A stretch of DNA of 32,000 nucleotides from Wolbachia endosymbiont of Cimex lectularius (GTDB lineage: Bacteria > Pseudomonadota > Alphaproteobacteria > Rickettsiales > Anaplasmataceae), in contig NZ_AP013028.1 of NCBI RefSeq assembly GCF_000829315.1, forward strand, positions 360,001 through 392,000, read 5' to 3'. This document shows, piece after piece, positions 19,402-27,600 of the stretch. The first letter of the stretch is position 1. Each line of letters opens with the position of its first letter. Under the pieces are notes generated by a model. That model was not told the DNA's origin and ran no database searches. It saw only the letters and a program-made list of their open reading frames with translations. Both the position numbers and the translations under genes were made by a program.

Positions 19402-20109
19402 TTAAGTTGAATTGCTTTTTTCACTATTGTTAATTTTTTCTAGCATTAGCTCGGCAGCCTTTTGTTCAGCAACCTTTTTACTAGAAGCGCGTGCAGAAAC
19501 TTCACCATAATTTTCTATGCGAATTGATATAGTAAATTCAGGATTGTGTGCTGGCCCAGTCTGTTTTGCAAGCTCATACTCTGGTAAAAGTAATTTATTT
19601 TTCTGAGTCCATTCTTGTAGCGAGGTTTTAGGATCTTGGGGAGGGATTAGCATATCCTTAGCCAGCTTCTCCCAATGTTGGGTAACAAATCCTTCAACAC
19701 TTTTAAATCCGCCATCAATATAAATCGCTCCTATTAGTGCTTCAAGTGCGTTTTCTAAATTTTTTAAGTTACATTTCCCTCCATTGCAGCGTTCGCTATT
19801 ATTCATGATGATAAAATCGCCCAACTCTATTTCTTTAGCGACATTGGCAATTGTGCTGCCACAAACTAAGTCCGTTTTTCTTTTCGCCAACGCGCCTTCT
19901 CTTTCTTCAGGAAATAGTTTAAACAGTATAGCAGACACAATCATATTCAAAATGCTATCGCCCAAAAATTCTAACCTTTCGTAATTTTCAGTTTGATTTT
20001 TACTATTCCTTTTATTTAAGCTTGGATGGGTCAGTGCTTCCTCTAATATCGCATCATTTTTGAACCTATAGTTGATGATTTTAGATATTGCATTGTTCAA
20101 GTTTTCCAT
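19402..20109 (-). CDS. rnc: Ribonuclease III
   Basis: ERLEFLGDSILN signature, plus a C-terminal dsRNA-binding domain (PEFTISIRIENYGEVSARASSKKVAEQKAA). Confidence 0.95.
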   Translation of the reverse strand: MENLNNAISKIINYRFKNDAILEEALTHPSLNKRNSKNQTENYERLEFLGDSILNMIVSAILFKLFPEEREGALAKRKTDLVCGSTIANVAKEIELGDFIIMNNSERCNGGKCNLKNLENALEALIGAIYIDGGFKSVEGFVTQHWEKLAKDMLIPPQDPKTSLQEWTQKNKLLLPEYELAKQTGPAHNPEFTISIRIENYGEVSARASSKKVAEQKAAELMLEKINNSEKSNST

Positions 20110-20187
20110 ACTTGTTGTATTAAAAGAAAGTACTTCCTGCTGTATCTTTATATCAGAAAATTAGTTTTACTCCATCAAAATAAGTCG

Positions 20188-21240
20188 CTAAGATTTGCAG
20201 TCACAACCCACTGCCTCACTGATGTTACTCAGCCCATCTCTTCTGATCAACTCTGCAAGCTCTAGGTTGATTTTATTCACAACTTGAGGCCCTTGGTATA
20301 TGAGAGCAGTGTACAGTTGTACTAGAGAGGCTCCTGCCTTTATTTTTTTATATGCATCAGCACCACTTGAAATTCCCCCGCATCCTATTAATAGTGTCTT
20401 GTCCTTAGTGAGTTTATACATGTCACTCAATAACTCAGTTGAAAGTTTAAACAGTGGTCTACCGCTCAACCCGCCAATCTCGTTGTGATGAGAATGCAGA
20501 TTATCTCGACTAACCGTAGTATTGCTTACTATCAAGCCGTCAATTTTGTATTCTAGTGCAAGTTCAGCAATATTTTCTTTTGTTTGCTGATTTATATCTG
20601 GAGAAATTTTTAATATTATTGGTATGGACCCAGAGTTATCGATTGATTTCCGGGTTAAAGTTATGGACTTCAACACTTCTGATAATTCTTGTTTATTGTG
20701 CAGGTTGCGTAAATTTGGCGTATTCGGAGATGAGATATTCAGCACTATATAACTACTTTTCCCATATACCATCTTTATTAAGTTAACATAGTCACTGACT
20801 TGGTCCTTTGAAGTGCTATTTTTCCCTATATTGATGCCGAAAACGCAATCATCAAGCTTGGTTTCATCTACTTGCTTAAGGAAATAGTCTATTCCTTTAT
20901 TATTAAATCCTAATCTATTGATTATTCCTTCGTCTTCAATTAACCGAAAAATTCTCGGTTTTTTATTTCCGTATTGAGGGTGTTTAGTTACAGTACCAGC
21001 CTCGATAAATCCAAAACCAAGTGAGAGCATGGACCTTATAACTTCCGCATTCTTGTCAAAACCTGCAGCAAGACCCACAGGGCTCCTAAGTTTATTACCA
21101 AAAAAGTTTACGTTTAAAGATTCTGGTAGTTCTATGGGTTTTCTACAAGGCATCTTTTTTAACATCGTGATTGCCAAGGAATGAGCAATTTCAGGTGGTA
21201 GCAAAAACAGTAAATTACGTAATATCATTTTGTAAAACAC
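20188..21240 (-). CDS. pyrD: Dihydroorotate dehydrogenase (quinone), class 2
   Basis: GFIEAGTVT, LNISSPNTPNLR and GGISSGADAYKKIKAGASLVQLYTAL motifs. The tracked start is GTG at 21240; an ATG lies at 21228. Confidence 0.93.
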   Translation of the reverse strand: MFYKMILRNLLFLLPPEIAHSLAITMLKKMPCRKPIELPESLNVNFFGNKLRSPVGLAAGFDKNAEVIRSMLSLGFGFIEAGTVTKHPQYGNKKPRIFRLIEDEGIINRLGFNNKGIDYFLKQVDETKLDDCVFGINIGKNSTSKDQVSDYVNLIKMVYGKSSYIVLNISSPNTPNLRNLHNKQELSEVLKSITLTRKSIDNSGSIPIILKISPDINQQTKENIAELALEYKIDGLIVSNTTVSRDNLHSHHNEIGGLSGRPLFKLSTELLSDMYKLTKDKTLLIGCGGISSGADAYKKIKAGASLVQLYTALIYQGPQVVNKINLELAELIRRDGLSNISEAVGCDCKS

Positions 21241-21473
21241 TCTTCAGTTTATTTTCTACCATAAAACGCTATGAGAGTATAACTATAACTTTAAAAGAAG
21301 ACGTTTTCATTGGTTTTGCTTATGAATAAGCTTTCTGGCCTTACCCAGTTCATGTTAGTCATAAATATTTAAAAAATTTACCAAGCGGAAAAAAAGCAAA
21401 AGAAGCCCCGAGTGGCGAGTTTTGACTCTATAATACTTTAAATTGGCGCTATAATAATTTACTGACGCTTAGT

Positions 21474-21581
21474 TTAAGCGCGATTTGGCTGAATGTAGAA
21501 AAAATGAAAAAGATATGCAGCCGCTATAATTTGATACAATCCGCCAAAAAATACCCTGAGTTTTTTACTAAATTTTGTCAT
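21474..21581 (-). CDS. Candidate 35-aa small hydrophobic peptide (mini-ORF of element A3)
   Basis: GCAGGctca-ATG: MTKFSKKLRVFFGGLYQIIAAAYLFHFFYIQPNRA*. It has a basic N-terminus and a ~23-residue hydrophobic core, and lies ~45 nt downstream of the predicted promoter. It is too short to appear in the ORF track. Confidence 0.3.
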   Translation of the reverse strand: MTKFSKKLRVFFGGLYQIIAAAYLFHFFYIQPNRA

Positions 21582-21631
21582 TGAGCCTGCAGATCAAAAA
21601 CAAGTTTTGAGTCAGAAATATCCTTATTGTT

Positions 21632-21660
21632 ATGATAATGGGATCGGCGGAATTTGTCAA
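21632..21660 (-). promoter_or_regulatory. Sigma70-type promoter of element A3 (TTGACA-17-TATCAT), oriented toward pyrD
   Basis: The minus strand reads AATAGAAAAAAAACTGC-TTGACA-aattccgccgatcccat-TATCAT. Confidence 0.5.
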
Positions 21661-21801
21661 GCAGTTTTTTTTCTATTGAATAACGGCTGATCTAATCACA
21701 AAGAGGTTCTCAAGAGGAAGTGCCTATGTCAAAAATAGAATTTTTTTACACTTTAAAAAAGTAATGTATACTTTGTTAACTGAAAATCACTTTTTTTTGA
21801 T

Positions 21802-23328
21802 ATGCAAGACTTTAAAATATTAGAAAACCTAAAAGCCAAAGCACTAGAAGCTGAAAAAGGAGGCGGTCCTGATAGGATCAACAAACAGCATGCAAAAGGG
21901 AAACTAACAGCTAGAGAAAGGCTGAATATACTGCTCGATGAAAATTCGTTTGAAGAATACGACAAATTCGTAAAACACCACGCAACTGATTTTGGCATGC
22001 AAAATACTAATTTTCTAGGTGATGGAGTTGTAATTGGCCACGGTACTATCTATGGCAGAAAGGTTTTTGTTTATTCTCAGGATTTCACTGTCTTTGGTGG
22101 GTCACTTGGTGCGTCACATGCAAGAAAAATATGCAAAATTATGGATATGGCAATCAATGCCAAGGCTCCAATTATCGGGCTAAATGACTCTGGTGGAGCC
22201 AGGATTCAAGAAGGAGTAAATTCCCTTGCTGGCTATGGAGAAATTTTTCAAAGGAATGTAAACGCATCAGGCGTTATACCACAAATCTCTTTAATTATGG
22301 GCCCATGCGCTGGCGGTGCAGTTTATTCTCCAGCATTAACTGACTTTACTTTCATGGTGAAAAACAGCTCATACATGTTTATAACCGGACCAGATGTAGT
22401 AAAAAAAGTCACCTACGAAGACGTAAGCCACGAAGATCTCGGTGGAGCAAAAATCCATACAAGCAAAACAGGAGTCGCAGACTTTGCGTTTAATAATGAT
22501 GTTGAAATGCTGCTAAAAATGCGAGAATTCTTCACCTTTTTGCCAGCAAATAATCAAGAGTTTCCGAAATCTGTACCAACCTGCGATGATGTCGATGATG
22601 TTGATGAATCTTTAAATACTCTAATTCCTCATAATCCTAATATTCCTTACGATATGTATGAACTGATTGAAAAGGTATGTGATGAAAGGAAGTTTTTTGA
22701 GCTAAAATCTGATTTTGCTCGTAATATCATAATTAGTTTTAGTAGAATTAAAGGAAATACCGTCGGCATCGTTGCAAATCAACCTACGCACCTTGCAGGG
22801 TGTTTGGATATTGACTCTTCAAGAAAAGCTGCAAGGTTTGTAAGGTTCTGTGACGCATTTAACATCCCTATTATCACACTCATTGACGTTCCAGGGTTTC
22901 TGCCAGGTACAAATCAAGAATATAATAATATAATACAACATGGAGCAAAGCTGCTCTACTCTTACGCTGAAGCGACTGTACCGAAAATCAGCCTTATCAC
23001 TAAAAAAGCGTATGGTGGTGCATACATTGTCATGAACTCTAAACATCTAAAAGGTGATATAAATTATGCTTGGCCGACTGCTGAAATAGCTGTGATGGGC
23101 CCTGAGGGTGCAGTTGAAATTATATTTCGACGTGAAAAAGATCAACAAACACTGGCTAAAGAGTACAAAGAAAAATTCGCTAATCCATTTTTTGCCGCAT
23201 CACATGGGTATATTGATGATATAATAGTGCCAAGTAAAACGAGACATCACCTTCATAAAGCATTAGAGCTACTCAAAAACAAGAAAGTAGAGAGAATATG
23301 GAAAAAGCATGATAATCTGCCTTTGTAA
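21802..23328 (+). CDS. pccB: Propionyl-CoA / acyl-CoA carboxylase carboxyltransferase (beta) subunit
   Basis: 508 aa with the [11 protein letters not shown] and [10 protein letters not shown] motifs and the typical N-terminal [14 protein letters not shown]. Confidence 0.93.
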   Translation: MQDFKILENLKAKALEAEKGGGPDRINKQHAKGKLTARERLNILLDENSFEEYDKFVKHHATDFGMQNTNFLGDGVVIGHGTIYGRKVFVYSQDFTVFGGSLGASHARKICKIMDMAINAKAPIIGLNDSGGARIQEGVNSLAGYGEIFQRNVNASGVIPQISLIMGPCAGGAVYSPALTDFTFMVKNSSYMFITGPDVVKKVTYEDVSHEDLGGAKIHTSKTGVADFAFNNDVEMLLKMREFFTFLPANNQEFPKSVPTCDDVDDVDESLNTLIPHNPNIPYDMYELIEKVCDERKFFELKSDFARNIIISFSRIKGNTVGIVANQPTHLAGCLDIDSSRKAARFVRFCDAFNIPIITLIDVPGFLPGTNQEYNNIIQHGAKLLYSYAEATVPKISLITKKAYGGAYIVMNSKHLKGDINYAWPTAEIAVMGPEGAVEIIFRREKDQQTLAKEYKEKFANPFFAASHGYIDDIIVPSKTRHHLHKALELLKNKKVERIWKKHDNLPL

Positions 23329-23479
23329 CTTTTTTCTAGGTTTTTTTGTAATTAGTTTTCACTTAAATTAAACAGACTAGATTCTGTAATTTTAGGAAGG
23401 GCGCAATCTTTCACTTGGGCTTTTTTAACTTAAAATAAATATAGAAAATTGCTTGAACTAGCAGTCTTTAAAAATATGG

Positions 23480-23508
23480 TTGAATAATTGTTAGTAATAG
23501 TGTATAAT
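23480..23508 (+). promoter_or_regulatory. Candidate promoter of the Rpn-family gene (TTGAAT-17-TATAAT)
   Basis: TTGAAT-aattgttagtaatagtg-TATAAT, 27 nt upstream of the ATG. AT-rich DNA makes chance matches plausible. Confidence 0.4.
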
Positions 23509-23535
23509 TATTAATACTTTTTAAGTTAATTTCTC

Positions 23536-24420
23536 ATGGCTTTTTCTAAATTCCTCGATCCAAAATTGGACCTAACATTCAAGAAAATCTTTGGCACTGA
23601 AAAAAATAAGAACATTCTTATCCATTTTTTGAACGATATTCTAGGGTGTACTGAAGTTAATACTATACAAGAAATAGAATTTATCAACACCATTTTGAAT
23701 CTCGAAATTGCCTCTGAGAGACAAAGTATAGTTGATGTTCTCTGTCAGGATTCTGTTGGCAACAGATTTGTAGTTGAAATGCAGCTCACTCGTGATAAAG
23801 GTTTTGAAAAGCGCGCTCAATATTATGCTGCCAAAGCTTACTCAAGACAAGTTGGTAAGTATGCTAATTTACAGAAGATCTTCTTTATTGCGATTTCAAA
23901 TTGTGTTTTATTTCCTGATAAGTCCAATTATATATCTAGCCATACCATAAGAGATGAGGAGACTAATGAGCATGACTTACAAGATTTTCAATTTGTGTTT
24001 ATTGAACTACCAAAATTTCCTAAAAATAAAGTAGAGCAATTAACAAGCATAGTAGAACGCTGGTGTTTTTTTTTCAAACATGCAGAAGAAACCACTGAAA
24101 AAGATCTAAAGAAGATTGCAAGAGAAGCACCAATAATAAAGAGAGCATATGATGAATTAGACAGGTTTAATTGGAATGAAAAAGATCTAACGGCATATGA
24201 AGAAAGAATAATGGATCTATACAAAGAGGAAGCTATCCTTGAATACAAACTTGAAGAAGGTATGGAGAAAGGTATGGAAAAAGGTATAAAGAAAGGTAGA
24301 GAAGAAGGAAAAATCGAAGTCGCAAAAGCGATGCTGGCTAATAATGTTGATGTTGACACTATTGTCAAATTTACTGGTTTTTCTATTAGTGAGATTAAAG
24401 AATTGAGCGAAAAGCAGTGA
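23536..24420 (+). CDS. Rpn/YhgA-family recombination-promoting nuclease (PD-(D/E)XK, putative-transposase family)
   Basis: N-terminus FLDPKLDLTFKKIFG, a catalytic-type D67...E81-x-Q83 (IVDVL...FVVEMQL), and a C-terminal helical EEGxEKG / AKAML..N region typical of the family. Confidence 0.8.
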   Translation: MAFSKFLDPKLDLTFKKIFGTEKNKNILIHFLNDILGCTEVNTIQEIEFINTILNLEIASERQSIVDVLCQDSVGNRFVVEMQLTRDKGFEKRAQYYAAKAYSRQVGKYANLQKIFFIAISNCVLFPDKSNYISSHTIRDEETNEHDLQDFQFVFIELPKFPKNKVEQLTSIVERWCFFFKHAEETTEKDLKKIAREAPIIKRAYDELDRFNWNEKDLTAYEERIMDLYKEEAILEYKLEEGMEKGMEKGIKKGREEGKIEVAKAMLANNVDVDTIVKFTGFSISEIKELSEKQ

Positions 24421-24462
24421 AAGGTTACGTTTTCTTTACGAGGTGTGCAACACTGCAAGGTG

Positions 24463-24535
24463 TGCCGTTACCAAGACTCGAACTTGGGACCTCGTCATTA
24501 CCAATGACGTACTCTACCACCTGAGCTATAACGGC
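24463..24535 (-). tRNA. tRNA-Thr (anticodon GGU)
   Basis: Hand-folded cloverleaf: acceptor GCCGTTA/TAACGGC, D-arm GCTC-AGGTGGTA-GAGT, anticodon arm CGTCA-TTGGTAA-TGACG, T-arm CCAAG-TTCGAGT-CTTGG, discriminator A. No CCA is encoded. Confidence 0.93.
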
Positions 24536-24657
24536 AGGATTCATATATATGAATAACATAAAAAAGAATAAGGAAAAAGAAGAAGAGAGAAAAAGATTAG
24601 CAAAAGTTCTAAAGCAAAACATTCTAAAAAGAAAAAAGCAACAACAGAGTAGACAAA

Positions 24658-25473
24658 ATGCCAGAACTCCCAGAAGTAGAAGTAATCTCTAACTTCTTGC
24701 TTGATAAGATCAAAAACAAGCAAATAAGCGGTGTTACAGTCAATAATTGGAATTTACGTGTACCAATAACAAAAAATATCGATGATGCGCTAAAAGGTAA
24801 AGCTATAAACGATATCAAGCGTAGAGGTAAATACATAATCTGGAATACAGACAATAATATAGCTGTCATCATACATCTTGGCATGAGCGGAAAGCTTATA
24901 TACGCTGAAGATAATCAAGTGCAGAATAAACATAATCACGTGATATTTTTGTTTTCCGACAATACTTCAATAGTCTTTAATGATCCAAGAAGGTTTGGGT
25001 TGGTTATTGTTTTAAACAAAGCACAAGAAGTAAATTTTTTTAACGACTTTGGAATAGAGCCTCTCACAGATGAATTCAGTGGAGGCTATTTACAGAAGCT
25101 GCTGAAAAACAGAAAAGCAAATATCAAATCAGCATTAATGGACAACAAATTAATAGTTGGTGTAGGTAACATATATGCTTCTGAGAGCTTGTTTAGAGCC
25201 CGCATATCACCGCTCAGACCAGCACAAGATTTGACATACAGAGAGTGTGAAAAACTTGCCGCTGAAATAAAAAATACTCTAAGTGATGCAATTGCTGCAG
25301 GTGGTTCAACGCTGAGAGATTATGCGCAGCCATCTGGATCTGTCGGATATTTTCAAAACAGTTTTTACGTATACGGTCAAGTTCAAAAACCTTGCAAAAT
25401 TTGTAATAACACCATAACACTTATACGACAAAATGGCCGCAGCACTTATTTCTGCAACGCATGTCAGAATTAG
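24658..25473 (+). CDS. mutM: Formamidopyrimidine-DNA glycosylase
   Basis: The N-terminus is MPELPEVE. It also has a helix-two-turn-helix region and a C-terminal zinc finger CKICNNTI...YFCNACQ. Confidence 0.95.
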   Translation: MPELPEVEVISNFLLDKIKNKQISGVTVNNWNLRVPITKNIDDALKGKAINDIKRRGKYIIWNTDNNIAVIIHLGMSGKLIYAEDNQVQNKHNHVIFLFSDNTSIVFNDPRRFGLVIVLNKAQEVNFFNDFGIEPLTDEFSGGYLQKLLKNRKANIKSALMDNKLIVGVGNIYASESLFRARISPLRPAQDLTYRECEKLAAEIKNTLSDAIAAGGSTLRDYAQPSGSVGYFQNSFYVYGQVQKPCKICNNTITLIRQNGRSTYFCNACQN

Positions 25474-25488
25474 GTTTCATTTTTAGAT

Positions 25489-26082
25489 ATGACATTTTCA
25501 CCTGAAAAAGATCCGTTTGATTTGTTTTCAAAGTGGTACAAAGTGGTACTCAACTTTTCATGCAAAGAGCCAACTGCAATGACGCTGGCGACTTGCAGCA
25601 AAGACTGCATTCCATCTGCAAGAGTGGTGTTACTAAAGGAATATAGCAAAGAAGGCTTCGTATTCTTCACTAATGTAAATAGTAGAAAAGGAAAAGAATT
25701 GACCGAGAACCCTAAAGCTGCATTAGTATTCCACTGGATGGAGTTTTCTAGGCAAGTACGAATTGAAGGAGATGTTAAACTCCTAGACAGTGAAAAAGCT
25801 GACGAATATTTCTCCTCTCGAACACGCAATAGTCAAGTTAGTGCATGGTGCTCAAAACAATCGAGCGTTCTGAAAAATTGGCAAGACTTTGAGCAAGCTA
25901 TCGAACTAAAGGAAAAAGAACTTTACAACACACAAGTTCCTCGTCCTGATTTTTGGGTGGGATTCTGCGTAATCCCAAAAATAATTGAGTTCTGGCAAGA
26001 AGGTGAACATAGAAGACACACTAGATTTAGATACACCCTTGTTGCAGAAAGCAACTGGAAAATAGAGCAGTTGTATCCTTAA
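25489..26082 (+). CDS. pdxH: Pyridoxamine 5'-phosphate oxidase
   Basis: ARVVLLKEY...GFVFFTN..SRKG.EL and IEFWQEGEHRRHTRFRY motifs. Confidence 0.92.
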   Translation: MTFSPEKDPFDLFSKWYKVVLNFSCKEPTAMTLATCSKDCIPSARVVLLKEYSKEGFVFFTNVNSRKGKELTENPKAALVFHWMEFSRQVRIEGDVKLLDSEKADEYFSSRTRNSQVSAWCSKQSSVLKNWQDFEQAIELKEKELYNTQVPRPDFWVGFCVIPKIIEFWQEGEHRRHTRFRYTLVAESNWKIEQLYP

Positions 26083-26217
26083 CCATGCAACACAACTGCA
26101 CGAACATTGTTATTTGATAATGATCTTCACTGGAAAACAAGGCAAAACTGGCTATAACACACTGTCTTCGAAACAAATGTCCGATGTGCTGCACACTGGA
26201 TAACAGAAAACAAAACC

Positions 26218-26682
26218 TTAGTTCTGCTCTTGTGAGGAAAAGCATCCTTTCACTTTTTCGATCATAGGTGATAGAATATATTCATTCACTTTTTCAGCTA
26301 TTGGTGCAATGATATACTCTGTTGCAAGAATTCCTGCAATTGGTGCTATGGCTCCTATCACTGCGCCTGTTAAAGTTGCAGATCCTGCTCCAAGCATTGC
26401 ACCAGGAAAAATAGCAGTTGCAGCTGCAGCAAGACCAACTCCGATTGCAGCGCCTGCACCGCACAACCAAGCGTATGTGAAGAGATCTTCTTTGCAAAAT
26501 TTTCCTTTGCTTACATCATAGTATACACACAATGCAACAAGTAATATTGCAGGAACAGCGGCAACAATTCCACCTATAACTAAAGGTGACAAAGCTGTAA
26601 AACTTAGTCCCAAACCTGTAAGTCCTCCCAGCACAGCACCAAGCCCTACTGTAAATATAATTTCCTTAGTATTTTAATCCAT
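26218..26682 (-). CDS. Gly/Ala-rich multi-helix membrane protein; open from GTG 26634, with an upstream SD-ATG at 26680..26682 followed by an in-frame TAA at codon 3
   Basis: The 138-aa ORF has glycine-zipper-like stretches (GAGAAIGVGLAAAATAIFPGAMLGAGSATLTGAVIGAIAPIAG). Sixteen codons upstream and in frame lies AGGGGG-ttat-ATG GAT TAA. Confidence 0.5.
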
Positions 26683-26990
26683 ATAACCCCCTAATTAATT
26701 GGCAATAATGATTTTTTTCTGCAAAGTTTTAATTCCCTGTTATCATTATAGTTAGATTTATTGAATAATACCAACATTCGTTATTGGGAAGACAGATGGG
26801 ATATGTTATAAACTTGCTTAACTTTCCAACTATAGGCAAAAAGAGCTCTTTTTCATTTGTTCCATTACCAATGAAACTTGGTATAAGTAAAGTAATTTCT
26901 TTATAGAATAGTCTTGGGCAAAAGAACGGAATAAGGACCTCGACTTACAATCATCCCAACCCCTATGATGTCATTCTAGCGCCCTTTCTC

Positions 26991-27124
26991 TTGTCATCAC
27001 AGCGCGTGACGCTGGGATCCAGTCTTTCCATAATCATCAAAAACGTCGTATTTTAACATAACTTTTATACTCACCAACTTAACAAAATTCCTGAATGCCA
27101 GTGTCTGGGCACTGGCATGACACC
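26991..27124. mobile_element. Full-length MITE-like palindromic element, second copy (134 bp)
   Basis: TTGTCATCACAGCGCGTGACGCTGGGATCCAG ... CCTGAATGCCAGTGTCTGGGCACTGGCATGACACC. The core TCTTTCCATAATCATCAAAAACGTCGTATTTTAACATAACTTTTATACTCACCAACTTAACAAAATT is homologous to 19144..19217. Confidence 0.8.
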
Positions 27125-27190
27125 CTATGGTGCTGGAATAACAACATTTGTTGCAAAAACAAATGTTCGTTCATGAATTGCTTTAATACT

Positions 27191-27343
27191 TAAGAAATTT
27201 ACCAAGCGAAAAAAAGGCAAGAGAAACCCCGTGGCGGCTAGTTATTTACTTTTGTGTCGAAATGTTGGCGTTTCTTTATCCTAAACACTTAATAAGTGCG
27301 ACTTAGCTGCTTTTTAATGCAACTAACCTTAGCCATAAGCATT
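27191..27343 (-). repeat. Partial tandem copy (A2') of the 3' half of the promoter-plus-mini-ORF element
   Basis: TAAGAAATTTACCAAGCGAAAAAAAGGCAAGAGAAACCCCGTGGCGGCTAGTT recurs 153 bp later at 27344. The rest of the unit is recognisably related but diverged. Confidence 0.7.
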
Positions 27344-27442
27344 TAAGAAATTTACTAAGCAGAAAAACAGGCAAAGAAACCCAGAGTAGCTAGTTATTCA
27401 CTATCTATCTTTTAAATTGGTGTTTTTGATGTCTTAAACGAC

Positions 27443-27559
27443 TTATAAGCGCGTTTGAGCTTGTATAGGTAAAAAACCAGAAGTTTTAAAAAGACATACG
27501 GTGCACATAGTGCAAAAAATTAAACATGAGACGCCAAATATGCTAAGTTTTTTTGTCGT
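27443..27559 (-). pseudogene. Mini-ORF of element A2 with ACG in place of the ATG
   Basis: GCAGAttaa-ACG ACA AAA AAA CTT...: (T)TKKLSIFGVSCLIFCTMCTVCLFKTSGFLPIQAQTRL*. The frame is open for 38 codons from the position homologous to the A1 and A3 ATG. Confidence 0.25.
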
Positions 27560-27600
27560 TTAATCTGCACAGACTGAAGATTAATAATAGCTTCAGTCTC

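Larger units (their letters stand above)
21364..21680 (-). repeat. Promoter-plus-mini-ORF element, copy A3 (most diverged, mini-ORF intact)
   Basis: It shares the A-tract/TTGACA end, the CTGCAGG..ATGACAAA start region, the GCGCTTA region and the 3' module AACTCGCCACTCGGGGCTTCTTTTGC...GGTAAATTTTTTAAATA with A1 and A2. Confidence 0.65.

Noticed and set aside
21753-21998. 81-aa minus-strand ORF overlapping the pccB start
   Set aside because: It is antisense to a strongly supported pccB N-terminus and has no motifs.
23988-24458. 156-aa minus-strand ORF
   Set aside because: It is antisense to the Rpn-family gene and is a low-complexity Ser/Phe/Ile mirror of the Glu/Lys-rich sense frame.
24425-24884. 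Minus-strand ORFs 24425..24622, 24541..24723 and 24624..24884
   Set aside because: They overlap the tRNA-Thr gene, the polypurine spacer and the mutM 5' end. Their translations are poly-Phe/Leu/Ser artefacts of the pyrimidine-rich complement.
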